Part shown: one piece after another, positions 9,657 to 18,314 of the stretch | Layout: every line of letters starts with the position of its first letter | Numbering within the stretch: the stretch's first letter is position 1 | Origin: an uncultured virus (IMG/VR IMGVR_UViG_3300001592_001590) | Taxonomy: Duplodnaviria; Heunggongvirae; Uroviricota; Caudoviricetes | Reading direction: 5' to 3' (one strand) | IMG/VR virus record: IMGVR_UViG_3300001592_001590 | Length of the DNA: 20,000 nucleotides | Notes under the pieces: model-generated | What the model was told of the DNA's origin: nothing | Database searches by the model: none | Seen by the model: only the letters and a program-made list of their open reading frames with translations | Translations under genes and position numbers: made by a program

Positions 9657-10043
9657 ATGACCGCATCCAAGACCGCATCCGCCAAGAAGCCCGCTGCCAA
9701 AAAAGCGACCGCCCCCAAGGCTGCCGCAAAGAAGACCGGGGCCAAGAAGTCGGCTGCCAAAAAGACCGTGCGCCCGAAGGCTCCCGCCAAATCGGCGGCA
9801 GCCAGTTCGCCCACCGTGTTTTTGCACAAAGAAGCCTACAAGGCGTGCATGGACGGTCTCCTGGCACAAGGCCTGGACCGTGAAGACGCCATCGAGACGC
9901 TGAAGGTCGGCATCCGCCAAGCCAACGGCCGTCCTGTTCCCCCGGAGCTCCTGCGCTCCAACGGCGCCCCCGCGAAACAAGGCCAGGCCGACGTTGAACC
10001 GGTTCAAGCCGAACTGCCTGAGGCAGAGCTGGCCGAAGCTTGA
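9657..10043 (+). CDS. Histone H1-like Lys/Ala-rich protein, 128 aa
   Basis: AGGA RBS; N-terminal AKK repeats (SAKKPAAKKATAPKAAAKKTGAKKSAAKK), short helical middle, acidic tail. Confidence 0.7.
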   Translation: MTASKTASAKKPAAKKATAPKAAAKKTGAKKSAAKKTVRPKAPAKSAAASSPTVFLHKEAYKACMDGLLAQGLDREDAIETLKVGIRQANGRPVPPELLRSNGAPAKQGQADVEPVQAELPEAELAEA

Positions 10044-10048
10044 TTTTC

Positions 10049-10084
10049 AAAGACCGCGCAGCGTACCTGCGTGGTCTTTTGTTT
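10049..10084 (+). terminator. Intrinsic terminator
   Basis: AAAGACCGCGCAG-CGTAC-CTGCGTGGTCTTT followed by a T-rich tail. Confidence 0.8.
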
Positions 10085-10192
10085 GGTACGTCCTAAACGG
10101 GCAAGGCGCTCGCTCTAAACCCGTCTTGTTAAAGATGCCGGTTTGATTTAAACTGATTTGCGATACGGCAAGTCCTATTTAACCACCAAACC

Positions 10193-10738
10193 ATGCTCGA
10201 GTTTTTGCAGCAATCCAAACCTACCGCGGGCCCCGCGCTGGAAGAGCTTTCGCACACCGCTGCCATGCCTTGGCTGGTCACAAAAGTTAGCGAACCCGCT
10301 GACTACAGCGACATTCTGGAGTCGGACATCTGCCTGGTCTCCCTGGAGGACTGCACAACCGACACGTGGGGCTGCCTGGAGACTTGCCAGCTGTTTGAGC
10401 CCCAAGAGGTGCGCCGGATTCAAGACGACCTTACTTACGACGAATCCCATGTCTGCTTCTACCCTGTGGCGCTGCTCAGCCACGAGCAACCCTTGCAACT
10501 GGTGTTGGCCACAAGCAGTTCTGCGGCAGAACGCAGCCAGCTGGACGAGAAAACGCTGACGGAGCTGGCCGAGGGTCGGCTGCGCGTCTCCTCTCAAGCC
10601 CGAAAGGCCATGGGAGACGGGTATACCTCGTTTCTCACCGCTGAGCGAGGGGTCAGCCTGTTGGCCTTGATGGAAATCGCCTTGTCCGACCACGTGCGCC
10701 TGCTGGGCTGGGGCTGGACGTGGCATCGCAAAGCCTGA
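10193..10738 (+). CDS. Hypothetical acidic protein, 181 aa
   Basis: ATG start, coding-like codon usage, no recognised motif. Confidence 0.7.
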   Translation: MLEFLQQSKPTAGPALEELSHTAAMPWLVTKVSEPADYSDILESDICLVSLEDCTTDTWGCLETCQLFEPQEVRRIQDDLTYDESHVCFYPVALLSHEQPLQLVLATSSSAAERSQLDEKTLTELAEGRLRVSSQARKAMGDGYTSFLTAERGVSLLALMEIALSDHVRLLGWGWTWHRKA

Positions 10739-10888
10739 GGGGAACGGGAGCGCCTGGACCCCAGGCTAAACCAACCGGCTACAAGTTAAGCCTCAAGACC
10801 ATTTTCAATTTTTCAAGAGTTATCCCATGCCGAGCCGGCGAGCTGATTTTTCCCTACCCATCGGTGGCGCTGACTGTTCGGAGTTGAC

Positions 10889-11854
10889 GTGTTTCACAAG
10901 ATTAAGCAACGCTGGAGTGAACTGATGCTGGACCTCTCCGACCGCCATACGCCGCGGACCTTCGAGGCCCCGGCGGACCTTAGCGCCCCGTCCGTGGGCG
11001 ATGACATTCCTGTGCCTGGAAACCTGTACCGCCACTACAAGGGCGGGCTGTACCAAGTGCAAGGCCTGTGCACTATTGAAGCCTCGCAAGAGCAGGGTGT
11101 GCTTTACCAGGCGCTGGACCCCAACGCCCGTCAAGACGTGTGGATGCGTCCGCTGAGCGATTTCAGCGGCCCTACGCGAGTGGGTGGCATGCCTCGTTTT
11201 TCCAGCCTTCGCCATTCCACGCTGGAACCCCTGCGCCACTACTTGGCCCAAGACGTCCTCAACGACAGCGCGCTGCAAAGCATTTTGTCGCGGTACGACG
11301 AACCCTGGCGGTTTTTCCACGCCCGTCGGCACATCCTGGACATGTTCGAAAAAGCCCAGGAGCTGGGCATGGAGCTGAGCGCCGAGCAGTCGCTGGCGAT
11401 TTTGTTCCACGACATTGTGTACGTGCCTGGCGCCCCTGAGGGCCAGAACGAGCGCCAGTCCATTCTGCTGATGCAGGCCTTCAAGGGCCAAGTCCAGCGT
11501 GCGGAGACCGACTGGGCGCTGGTGGCTCGCGTCATTGAAGACACCATCACCCTACACCGCCAACCCACCGAGGCCGAAGCAAAAGCGGTCCTGGACCTGG
11601 ACATCGCCAACCTGGGGGACGACCCGGTGCACTTTTGTGCGTCGGACGAGATGGTGTGGCTGGAGAACCGGCACTTGCTGGAAGCCGCTGACGCTCGCAA
11701 GGACTTCGACACCCGTCGCCTGCGCTTTTTGCTGGCGCTGGCCAACCGCGGGCCGCTGTACCACACCAGTGCTCCCGCGCTGGAAGAATCCGCTCGCACC
11801 AATCTGGAAGGCCTGCGTCAGGCTTGGGTCCAGAAGTACGGGCCNACCCGATGA
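10889..11854 (+). CDS. DUF1653 domain fused to HD-superfamily phosphohydrolase-like domain
   Basis: LYRHYKGGLYQV...VLYQAL...VWMRPLSDF (DUF1653); RYDEPWRFFH...HI, AILFHDIVY, NERQS and LDLDIANLG (HD family). GGAG before GTG. Confidence 0.8.
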   Translation: MFHKIKQRWSELMLDLSDRHTPRTFEAPADLSAPSVGDDIPVPGNLYRHYKGGLYQVQGLCTIEASQEQGVLYQALDPNARQDVWMRPLSDFSGPTRVGGMPRFSSLRHSTLEPLRHYLAQDVLNDSALQSILSRYDEPWRFFHARRHILDMFEKAQELGMELSAEQSLAILFHDIVYVPGAPEGQNERQSILLMQAFKGQVQRAETDWALVARVIEDTITLHRQPTEAEAKAVLDLDIANLGDDPVHFCASDEMVWLENRHLLEAADARKDFDTRRLRFLLALANRGPLYHTSAPALEESARTNLEGLRQAWVQKYGXTR

Positions 11855-12474
11855 GGCTGCTCTGCGGCGTGGACGAGGCCGGCAGAGGCCCCCTGGGCCG
11901 GCCCCGTGGTCGCAGCTGCAGTCGTGTTTCAAGGCACACCACCGGCGGGCCTGGCGGACTCCAAAGCCCTGAGCGAGCGCAAACGCGAAGCCTTGTTTCG
12001 AGAGCTCACTGAGGGCCCCCACTTCTATGCGGTGGGCTTTGCCTCCGCGCAAGAAATTGACCAAGTCAACAGTCCTGCAAGCGACCTTCCTGGCGATGCA
12101 GCGGGCGGTAGCGGGCCTGCCCTGTGACCCCGCTTTGCTGGACGTCTCGGGTGGATGGCAACCGCAAGCCCCGATTCGCTCAGGTGGATGACGCGCAGGT
12201 TCAAACCCTCGTCAAGGGGGATGCCTTGATGGCGGAAATCTCGGCCGCCTCGGTTTTGGCCAAGGTGACCCGCGACCGTTGGATGCGCGAGCTGGACGTC
12301 CGATGCCCCGGCTATGACTTTGCCAAGCACAGTGGCTATGGCGTACCCGCACACCAGGCCAAGCTTTACGAGCTCGGGCCTTGCGAGGAGCACCGCCGCA
12401 CCTTTGCGCCGGTCAAGAAGTGTGTGCAGGAGCTTTCCCTGCGAGCTGCTCCGCAGCCGCTCTCCCCTGGTTGA
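11851..12474 (+). CDS. rnhB: Ribonuclease HII (three apparent +1 indels near 11895, 12071, 12146)
   Basis: GVDEAGRGPL/AGPVVAAAV, LADSKALSE, EIDQVN/VLQATFLAMQRAV, VDGN, VKGDA...ISAASVLAKVTRD, HSGYG, EHRRTFAPV. ATGA overlap with the upstream stop. Confidence 0.93.
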
Positions 12475-12487
12475 GCAGCCCTGTCGC

Positions 12488-12526
12488 CCATGCAGAAAGC
12501 CGGCACGAAGCCGGCTTTCTGCATGG
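12488..12526. terminator. Long hairpin between convergent genes (probable bidirectional terminator)
   Basis: Perfect 17-bp inverted repeat CCATGCAGAAAGCCGGC/GCCGGCTTTCTGCATGG with a 5-nt loop. Confidence 0.7.
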
Positions 12527-12557
12527 TAGCCAACCCCGCCACACGGGCGGGTGTGGG

Positions 12558-13434
12558 TTACTCGAGCACTTCCTCAGCGTGGGCGCTCAGACCGAGCTGC
12601 TGATAGATGGCCTTGGCCAAGTCCGTTGTAGCCGAAGAACGACACGCAGTCTTCGACACGGCCCAGCACCACCACTTCAGCCAGGTTCCGCTCGTTGAGC
12701 CACACCGACAAGCCTTCCTTGATGGCGACAGCCTTGCCCGAGGGCGTGACAAACACGCTGTACAGGTGTTGCCGACCTTGGCGCATGGTGCTTTGAGCGT
12801 GAGCTGCCAGCTTGCCCTTGAACCGCAGGTCGGCCTGGTCGTTGCGGTGGATGCGGAACCAGCGGTATTCGGCGTCCGCTGCGTCAACTTCGGCGGCTGC
12901 AGCGCCCTGCGCATCGGCTTGAGCGGGTGCGCTCGAGTCAGCGGCGGTGACGGCTTCGCCTTCGTCGGGCGCGCTGGCCTGGGCACCCGTTTGCACGGAG
13001 CTGTCGGCGTCCAGCTTGAGGTTCTTGAGGCCTTCGGCGCCCAGGGTCTTCTTCAGGTAGCTCATGACCTTGGCATGCAGGTCGGCGAACGCGCCGTCAA
13101 AGCGGGCGGCCATCAGCTTGGCGCCTTCAAAGGTGTGCTCTTGCGCTTTGCCGTCTGCCGTTTCCAGCTTCACGGAAACCTTCACACCGTCCTTGGCGTC
13201 CACGCGGGCGGGGACATGCAGACGGTAGGTGTTGCCGTTTTCGCTGACAGTCATTTGCAGACCGTCTTCTTTGGATTGACCGGCGGACCAACGGGTCAGA
13301 ACCGAGGTCTTGCCCAGAGTGAGCCCCATCTGAAGAGGCTGCCGCCCCGCGGCGTGGGCATTGAGGGAGTCGGTGAACTCGTGTTGAGCCTTCAACATGA
13401 GTTGTGCGAGATGGGTGAGGAGAGATTGAGACAT
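12558..13434 (-). CDS. Hypothetical two-domain protein (apparent +1 indel near 12623)
   Basis: AAAGGA RBS before MSQSLLTHL. The C-terminal domain (DLRFKGKL...VFVTPSGK...W.NE...FFGYN) continues as DLAKAIYQQLG...EEVLE in the adjacent frame, resembling a small phage/plasmid family. Confidence 0.7.
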
Positions 13435-13518
13435 GGCTATTCCTTTCAGGAATGAACGGGCAACCCTGGCCAGCACAGGAGCGCTCCACCGGAGTGCTAA
13501 CACCTGTAGTCAGTCCTT

Positions 13519-14118
13519 TTAAACCTGAGGGGGTGCGGTCTTCGCGTCGCCCGAGGGTGCCTGTCTTGGCCACCAGCAACGCAGCACTCGCAAGTCTCGG
13601 ACGTCGCGCCACTGGGCGGGGTAGCCCTGAGCACCCTCGGGCACCCGGGTGAACCCCGCCAACAGCTGAGGCACTCCCTCGGGGCTGTAGACCATCTTCA
13701 TGCCATACGCCACCGGCACCTTGCCCAGCCCCAAAGAGGCTGACATCTTGACCACCCGCTTTTCGCGCACGGTGAACCAACGCACCTGCCAAGCCAAGGG
13801 CACCCCCTTGTCCACGAAATGCGCTTCGAGCCAAACTGGGTTGATTTCTTCCACCCGGGTAGAGCCCAGTACGCTCGGGGCCACCATACCCTGAGGCGCA
13901 AAAACGCCTTGCTCGCTCAAGTCCAGCCGAAGGGCCGCAAGGGAGGGCGCCTCCATTCTCAAAGACTTTAGGTCGGAGGTATGTTGCAAGTCGATATGCG
14001 CACACAAATGGCAAAACGGCTCTGGCGCGGCGAGCTTAAGGTGCCGCCCCCACAAAGGAAAGAGGCTCTTTAAAATCTCTGCGCTTTGAGATTGAGAGGG
14101 GCGAGGGTTGGCCGGCAT
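13519..14118 (-). CDS. Hypothetical protein, 199 aa
   Basis: AGGAG RBS, ATG start, no recognised motif. Confidence 0.65.
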   Translation of the reverse strand: MPANPRPSQSQSAEILKSLFPLWGRHLKLAAPEPFCHLCAHIDLQHTSDLKSLRMEAPSLAALRLDLSEQGVFAPQGMVAPSVLGSTRVEEINPVWLEAHFVDKGVPLAWQVRWFTVREKRVVKMSASLGLGKVPVAYGMKMVYSPEGVPQLLAGFTRVPEGAQGYPAQWRDVRDLRVLRCWWPRQAPSGDAKTAPPQV

Positions 14119-14239
14119 CAGAACTCCTGCTAAGATGTGTGTTCTTAATAGAAAGCCGGTTTAGCATTTCGGGTTCTAATGAATACAGAGGGTCTAAATT
14201 GGCAGACTAGACGTAAGAACTTACCTTTCAGTAATCTAC

Positions 14240-14611
14240 ATGCCCTCCTCATTCGCACTCACCGGCCTGGATGAAACCCTGAGCCAACTATTGCGGGACA
14301 CGCAGACTGACGCGCTGGCATGCATTCATCGGGTGCAGCTATCGGTTGCCGAAGCACTGCAGCGCCAAGGGCAGGGTGAACGCCTGTCCCGATTGAGCCA
14401 TGCCGACATCGTGGAGTCCCTCCTCGTGAAGGCCTCTCGCGTCATCGCCCAAGACCCCACCTATGGTCAGCTGGCCCACAAACCCCTGAAGGAGAGCTTT
14501 CTCGAGGCACATCTTCGCGTGGCCCTGCTGGGATGGCTTGAAAGCCATGTGCAAGGTGCGTCTGAGCTCAAGGCATTGCAGGGCGCTCGCCGCGTGCTCT
14601 ACCAGCTTTGA
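14240..14611 (+). CDS. Hypothetical helical protein, 123 aa
   Basis: ATG after an AT-rich divergent intergenic region; coding-like composition. Confidence 0.65.
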   Translation: MPSSFALTGLDETLSQLLRDTQTDALACIHRVQLSVAEALQRQGQGERLSRLSHADIVESLLVKASRVIAQDPTYGQLAHKPLKESFLEAHLRVALLGWLESHVQGASELKALQGARRVLYQL

Positions 14612-14673
14612 CGTCCCCCTCGTCCCCGCGGACGGGGTGGTACGGAGCAGGGCGGACTTGCGCCGCCGTCTGT

Positions 14674-15279
14674 TCAAAACTCGAAGCTCTCGCCCACCAC
14701 AGGGTCGCTCAGGACGATGCGGCCCCGGCTGTCTTGCATCCAGTTGGTGGGCTGCACCAGGTCCAAGTGGTAGCCCGTCTCGCGCACGAATTTCTCCAGG
14801 CGGGTCAGAGCCCTGATAAGCTGAGGCTCCTGTGGCAAGTGTAGCCGGCACTGGCGCTTGAGCGCGGCCAACAATCGACGACAATACACCACCTTGTCGG
14901 GCTCATTGGGCACACTTTGGCGTGCTTGGCGATAGCACCTTAAAACCTGCGCCGCCTTGCGGGGCTCCAGCGGGGTGAGCCACTCCATTTCCAGCGCCCA
15001 CGCGGTTTTTCGACCTGAACGGGGCGTATCGACGCGAACCCGTCGGGTGCGAAACGTTCGAGGCAAGCCCGGGCAGGGGGCTGTCTTGAGTTGCTGGAAC
15101 AGCTTGGCCGTGGCGGGGTCCACGGTGAGCTTGGTTGCGTCACCTCCAGTGGATTTCCACACCCAGGCGTACGAGCCCTTGCCCACGGGGCGTGCGCCCC
15201 GCAGGGAGGCCTGAAGCCACAGGGGCGGGTCCAGGACCATCAGGGTCTGTCCTTTGCTTTGAGGGGCGCGCAGTTCCAT
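14674..15279 (-). CDS. Minimal protein-kinase-like protein (T7 gp0.7-like motifs)
   Basis: GKGSYAWVW glycine loop, ATKLT lysine, LEMEWL hinge, LDLVQPTNWM catalytic loop, IVLSDPV metal-binding motif. Confidence 0.65.
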   Translation of the reverse strand: MELRAPQSKGQTLMVLDPPLWLQASLRGARPVGKGSYAWVWKSTGGDATKLTVDPATAKLFQQLKTAPCPGLPRTFRTRRVRVDTPRSGRKTAWALEMEWLTPLEPRKAAQVLRCYRQARQSVPNEPDKVVYCRRLLAALKRQCRLHLPQEPQLIRALTRLEKFVRETGYHLDLVQPTNWMQDSRGRIVLSDPVVGESFEF

Positions 15280-15286
15280 CCCCCGT

Positions 15287-16834
15287 TTAGGAGACGGGTC
15301 TTAGCCCGGACCCGCAGCCTTGCCTCGAGGCAAGAAGGGCGCCCCTCAGAACAGCTGAGCCTGCTTTTGCTGTCGCAGCAAGGTTTCCCGCTGCCTCCAA
15401 AACGCCCGATTCGGGGGCTGCCTTGCCCTCCCGCAGCGCGAGTATCCGCTCCCGTGCTGCTTCTTGAGCAGCTATCAAGGAAACCAGGGGGTTCGGATAG
15501 GCGCCAGCACGCTGCGCTGCGGGCAGCTTCCAGGGCTCCTGGACAAAGGGTAGCGGCACTTGAGCCAATTCGGGTACCCACCTGCGGATGAACTCGCCAC
15601 GCGGGTCATGGTCCTGGGCCTGTTTGGTCGCGTTGTAGGTGAGCGGTCCGCTCAGGCGGGAAGTCCCCGCGTGAATTTGGAGCTGGTTCCAGTGGATTCC
15701 CGGCTCATAGTCCAAAAACTCCCGGGCCAGGTGCAGGCCCACTTCCGTCCAAGGCAACCACAGGTCGTTCACCGCAAAGGACGTGACCGTGCCGCGCAGT
15801 CGCATGTTCAGCCAGCCCGTTTGAGCCAGCATCCGCATTCCCGCATCGACCATCGGAAAACCGGTTCTGCCTTTCTTCCAGGCGTCCAGCCAGGCGGGGA
15901 TGCACTCTGCCTCTCGAACACCCTTGAACGCAGTCAGGTCGTCGACCGACTCAGACTCAACCTGCACCTCGAAGCTCTGCAGATAGGCGCTGCGCCAATA
16001 GAGCCGCTCCATGAAAAACTGTGCCGCGTCGTTCAACAAGGGGGAGTCCTCACTGGTCTGTAGCACGCCGCGCAAGTGCAGTATGACCTCCTGGTCCGAC
16101 AGCACACCGTGGCTGAGGTAAGGGGACAAGCGGGAACAGCCGCGCTCTGCCGTCAAGGGACTGGAAATCCGGGAGCGGTAAGCCAAAAGCTGTTCTGGCT
16201 GAAAGAAGGCCTCCAGCGCTTCAAGCGCCGCCTCTCGTCCACCTCTTTGCCGCAGGGGCTTGTCTTCGCCTGGGTGCCGGGGCGAGGGTCGTTGGCAGGC
16301 TTCTTCGAACAAGGCGGGGATAAGAGAGCTTGCGCAGGGCAGGGAGGCCGGAGGCACAAAGCTTGGGCGCTCAAGGCAGACTTGAACATGCCCTGCAAAA
16401 TCAAACGGCTCGCGTTTTCGGGCACTGCCTCGGCGAACCCCATTTTGGGGAACCTCAGTCCAGGGCACCTGGTTGCGCCGCGCCCACTGGGCAACCGCCA
16501 GGTCTCGCCGAAATTGCAGCATGCCGGTGGTTTCCTGGTAGGACCACAGGTGGGTGAGCCCATGCGCCTGGTGCAGGGCGTCCAGCGCCTCTTGCGCCTC
16601 CATGGTCAGCTCCAGCAAACGCGTTCCCCGCAGGGCCAGTTCCCCGCGCAGGCTGTCAAGGCATTCTTGGGCGAACGCCACATGTTGCGCACTGGTATCG
16701 GCGGCGCTAAGCCAAGACGGCTCGTGCACGTACAGAAACACCAGCGGGCCGTGGGATTCAACCGCGGCCAGTGCCTGGCGCAGAGGCTCATGGCTGTAAA
16801 TGCGCAGGTCTCGTTTGAACCAGATTGCTTGCAT
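15287..16834 (-). CDS. DNA photolyase/cryptochrome family FAD-binding protein
   Basis: IWFKRDLR, SRLSPYLSHGVLS, RLYWR, AWKKGRTGFPMVDAGMR.L..TGWLN.R.R, FLDYEPGIHW, QAQDHDPRGEFIRRWVPEL. The true end may be TGA at 15346 (...KQAQLF) if there is a +1 indel near 15406. Confidence 0.92.
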   Translation of the reverse strand: MQAIWFKRDLRIYSHEPLRQALAAVESHGPLVFLYVHEPSWLSAADTSAQHVAFAQECLDSLRGELALRGTRLLELTMEAQEALDALHQAHGLTHLWSYQETTGMLQFRRDLAVAQWARRNQVPWTEVPQNGVRRGSARKREPFDFAGHVQVCLERPSFVPPASLPCASSLIPALFEEACQRPSPRHPGEDKPLRQRGGREAALEALEAFFQPEQLLAYRSRISSPLTAERGCSRLSPYLSHGVLSDQEVILHLRGVLQTSEDSPLLNDAAQFFMERLYWRSAYLQSFEVQVESESVDDLTAFKGVREAECIPAWLDAWKKGRTGFPMVDAGMRMLAQTGWLNMRLRGTVTSFAVNDLWLPWTEVGLHLAREFLDYEPGIHWNQLQIHAGTSRLSGPLTYNATKQAQDHDPRGEFIRRWVPELAQVPLPFVQEPWKLPAAQRAGAYPNPLVSLIAAQEAARERILALREGKAAPESGVLEAAGNLAATAKAGSAVLRGALLASRQGCGSGLRPVS

Positions 16835-16899
16835 GTTCCGTATAGGCCCGGCGCTATACCCCTCAGAGCTCAAACAATGCAAACAGGAAGGAAATCGAC

Positions 16900-17415
16900 A
16901 TGAGAATCAACGACAACATGGTGTTGTTTTGGGGGCGCAAAGACATCTACTCTAACTGGCACCCCAGTCCCTTTGTACTGAAGGGCCAGCGCTACGCCCA
17001 CGTGGAGCAGTACATGATGGCCGCCAAGGCTCGGCTGTTTGGGGACACCGCGACCGAAGCCAAGATTCTGGCCACAACGGACCCCAAGCACATCAAGGCG
17101 CTGGGCCGCGAAGTTCGTGGCTACGTTGACGCCGTCTGGCGGGAGCACCGCTTGACGGTGGTCATCGAAGCGTGCGTGGCCAAGTTCTCCCAAAACGAGA
17201 AACTGGGCGCCATGCTATTGGCCACGGGTCAGCGCACTTTGGTGGAAGCCAGCCCCGTGGACCGGGTCTGGGGCATCGGGCTGGCGGAGGACGACCCCTG
17301 CGCACTGGACCCCGCCACATGGCGAGGAGAGAACCTTTTGGGCATCGCGTTGATGCATGCCCGGGACCACCTGGCCAAACAAGCCACACAGGGCACCACC
17401 GCCGAACTGTTTTAA
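16900..17415 (+). CDS. ybiA: NADAR (YbiA/DUF1768) family N-glycosidase
   Basis: YSNWHPSPF, EQYMMAAKA.LFGD, KALGREV, KFSQN, LVEASPVDRVWGIG, GENLLG; AGGAAGGA RBS. Confidence 0.93.
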   Translation: MRINDNMVLFWGRKDIYSNWHPSPFVLKGQRYAHVEQYMMAAKARLFGDTATEAKILATTDPKHIKALGREVRGYVDAVWREHRLTVVIEACVAKFSQNEKLGAMLLATGQRTLVEASPVDRVWGIGLAEDDPCALDPATWRGENLLGIALMHARDHLAKQATQGTTAELF

Positions 17416-17476
17416 CCCGTCATTCAACCTGGGCAGCGTCCGCGCTGTCCAGGTTTTTGTTTGCTCTCGCGCGGGC

Positions 17477-17516
17477 AAAGAGAAAGCCCCGCACGTTCAG
17501 GGAACGGGCAGGGCTT
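17477..17516 (-). terminator. Probable terminator for the 17556 gene
   Basis: Imperfect GC-rich stem AAGCCCTGC...GCGGGGCTT followed by TCTCTTT on the minus strand. Confidence 0.55.
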
Positions 17517-17555
17517 GAATTGGAATCATCGGTCAAGAGTGACCGGTGGCCGGCT

Positions 17556-18245
17556 TCAGGCTTTCGGCTCGGAGACGGTTTCGATGTCCTTGACCACGTA
17601 GCCGAGCCATCCCCACATCCACTCGTCGATGTCGGTCAGCTCGCACGCAGCAAGCATGGCCATCAGCGCAAAGCGTTCTGCGGGTTCACGCTTTTCGGCG
17701 CGGCCTCGTTTGTCGGTAGGGTCCTTGCTCAGCTGGCCCTCAAGGCTGGCGACCACCACGTCTTGGAGCCCCTTGGCCAGGACGCGTCGCGTCGGAGGAG
17801 CTTCATTGGCAAACTCGCTCGTCAAGTAGGCCTGGACCGCGTCCCACAAAGCCACTCGGTCGGCACTGTGCATCTGATGCAGGGCGTTCCAGGTGATGAT
17901 GCTTTGTTTGCTGTCCGCCAGCTTGCGAAGAGCGGTGTGCATGCATTCGCCCAGGCTTTCCAGCGCGTGCGGCTCCAGAGCTACAGGCACGTTGCCCTTG
18001 GAGTCCAGCCAAGCCCTCAGAGGAGGAAACTCAGGCCATTGCTCCTTGAGCAGGACGGCCAGCATTCGTTCTACCGTCAGGGTCACGCTCGCATGGAAGT
18101 GTCGAGACAGCACCTGGTCGTCTTTGTGCACTTGCATCAGCAAAGTAGGGGACTCTCGCTTGGAGGTTTCGCTCCAAGCATGTTTCGAAGGGGTCACCGA
18201 CCATGCGATGTTGTGCGTGCTCAGTGCTTGCAGCAGTGTGTTCAT
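17556..18245 (-). CDS. Hypothetical protein, 229 aa
   Basis: AAAGG RBS, ATG start, no recognised motif. Confidence 0.75.
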   Translation of the reverse strand: MNTLLQALSTHNIAWSVTPSKHAWSETSKRESPTLLMQVHKDDQVLSRHFHASVTLTVERMLAVLLKEQWPEFPPLRAWLDSKGNVPVALEPHALESLGECMHTALRKLADSKQSIITWNALHQMHSADRVALWDAVQAYLTSEFANEAPPTRRVLAKGLQDVVVASLEGQLSKDPTDKRGRAEKREPAERFALMAMLAACELTDIDEWMWGWLGYVVKDIETVSEPKA

Positions 18246-18314
18246 GGATACCTTTTTGTGGAGTTCAATTGCGCGCGATGGCGTGCTCGGTGAGCTTGGC
18301 CATTCGGCGACACA

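Noticed and set aside
10093..10160. Sigma-28 promoters suggested by CTAAA boxes
   Set aside because: No GCCGATAA-like element at the required 15-nt spacing.
12488..12560. REP/MITE or attC site
   Set aside because: Single copy located between convergent stops, better explained as a terminator.
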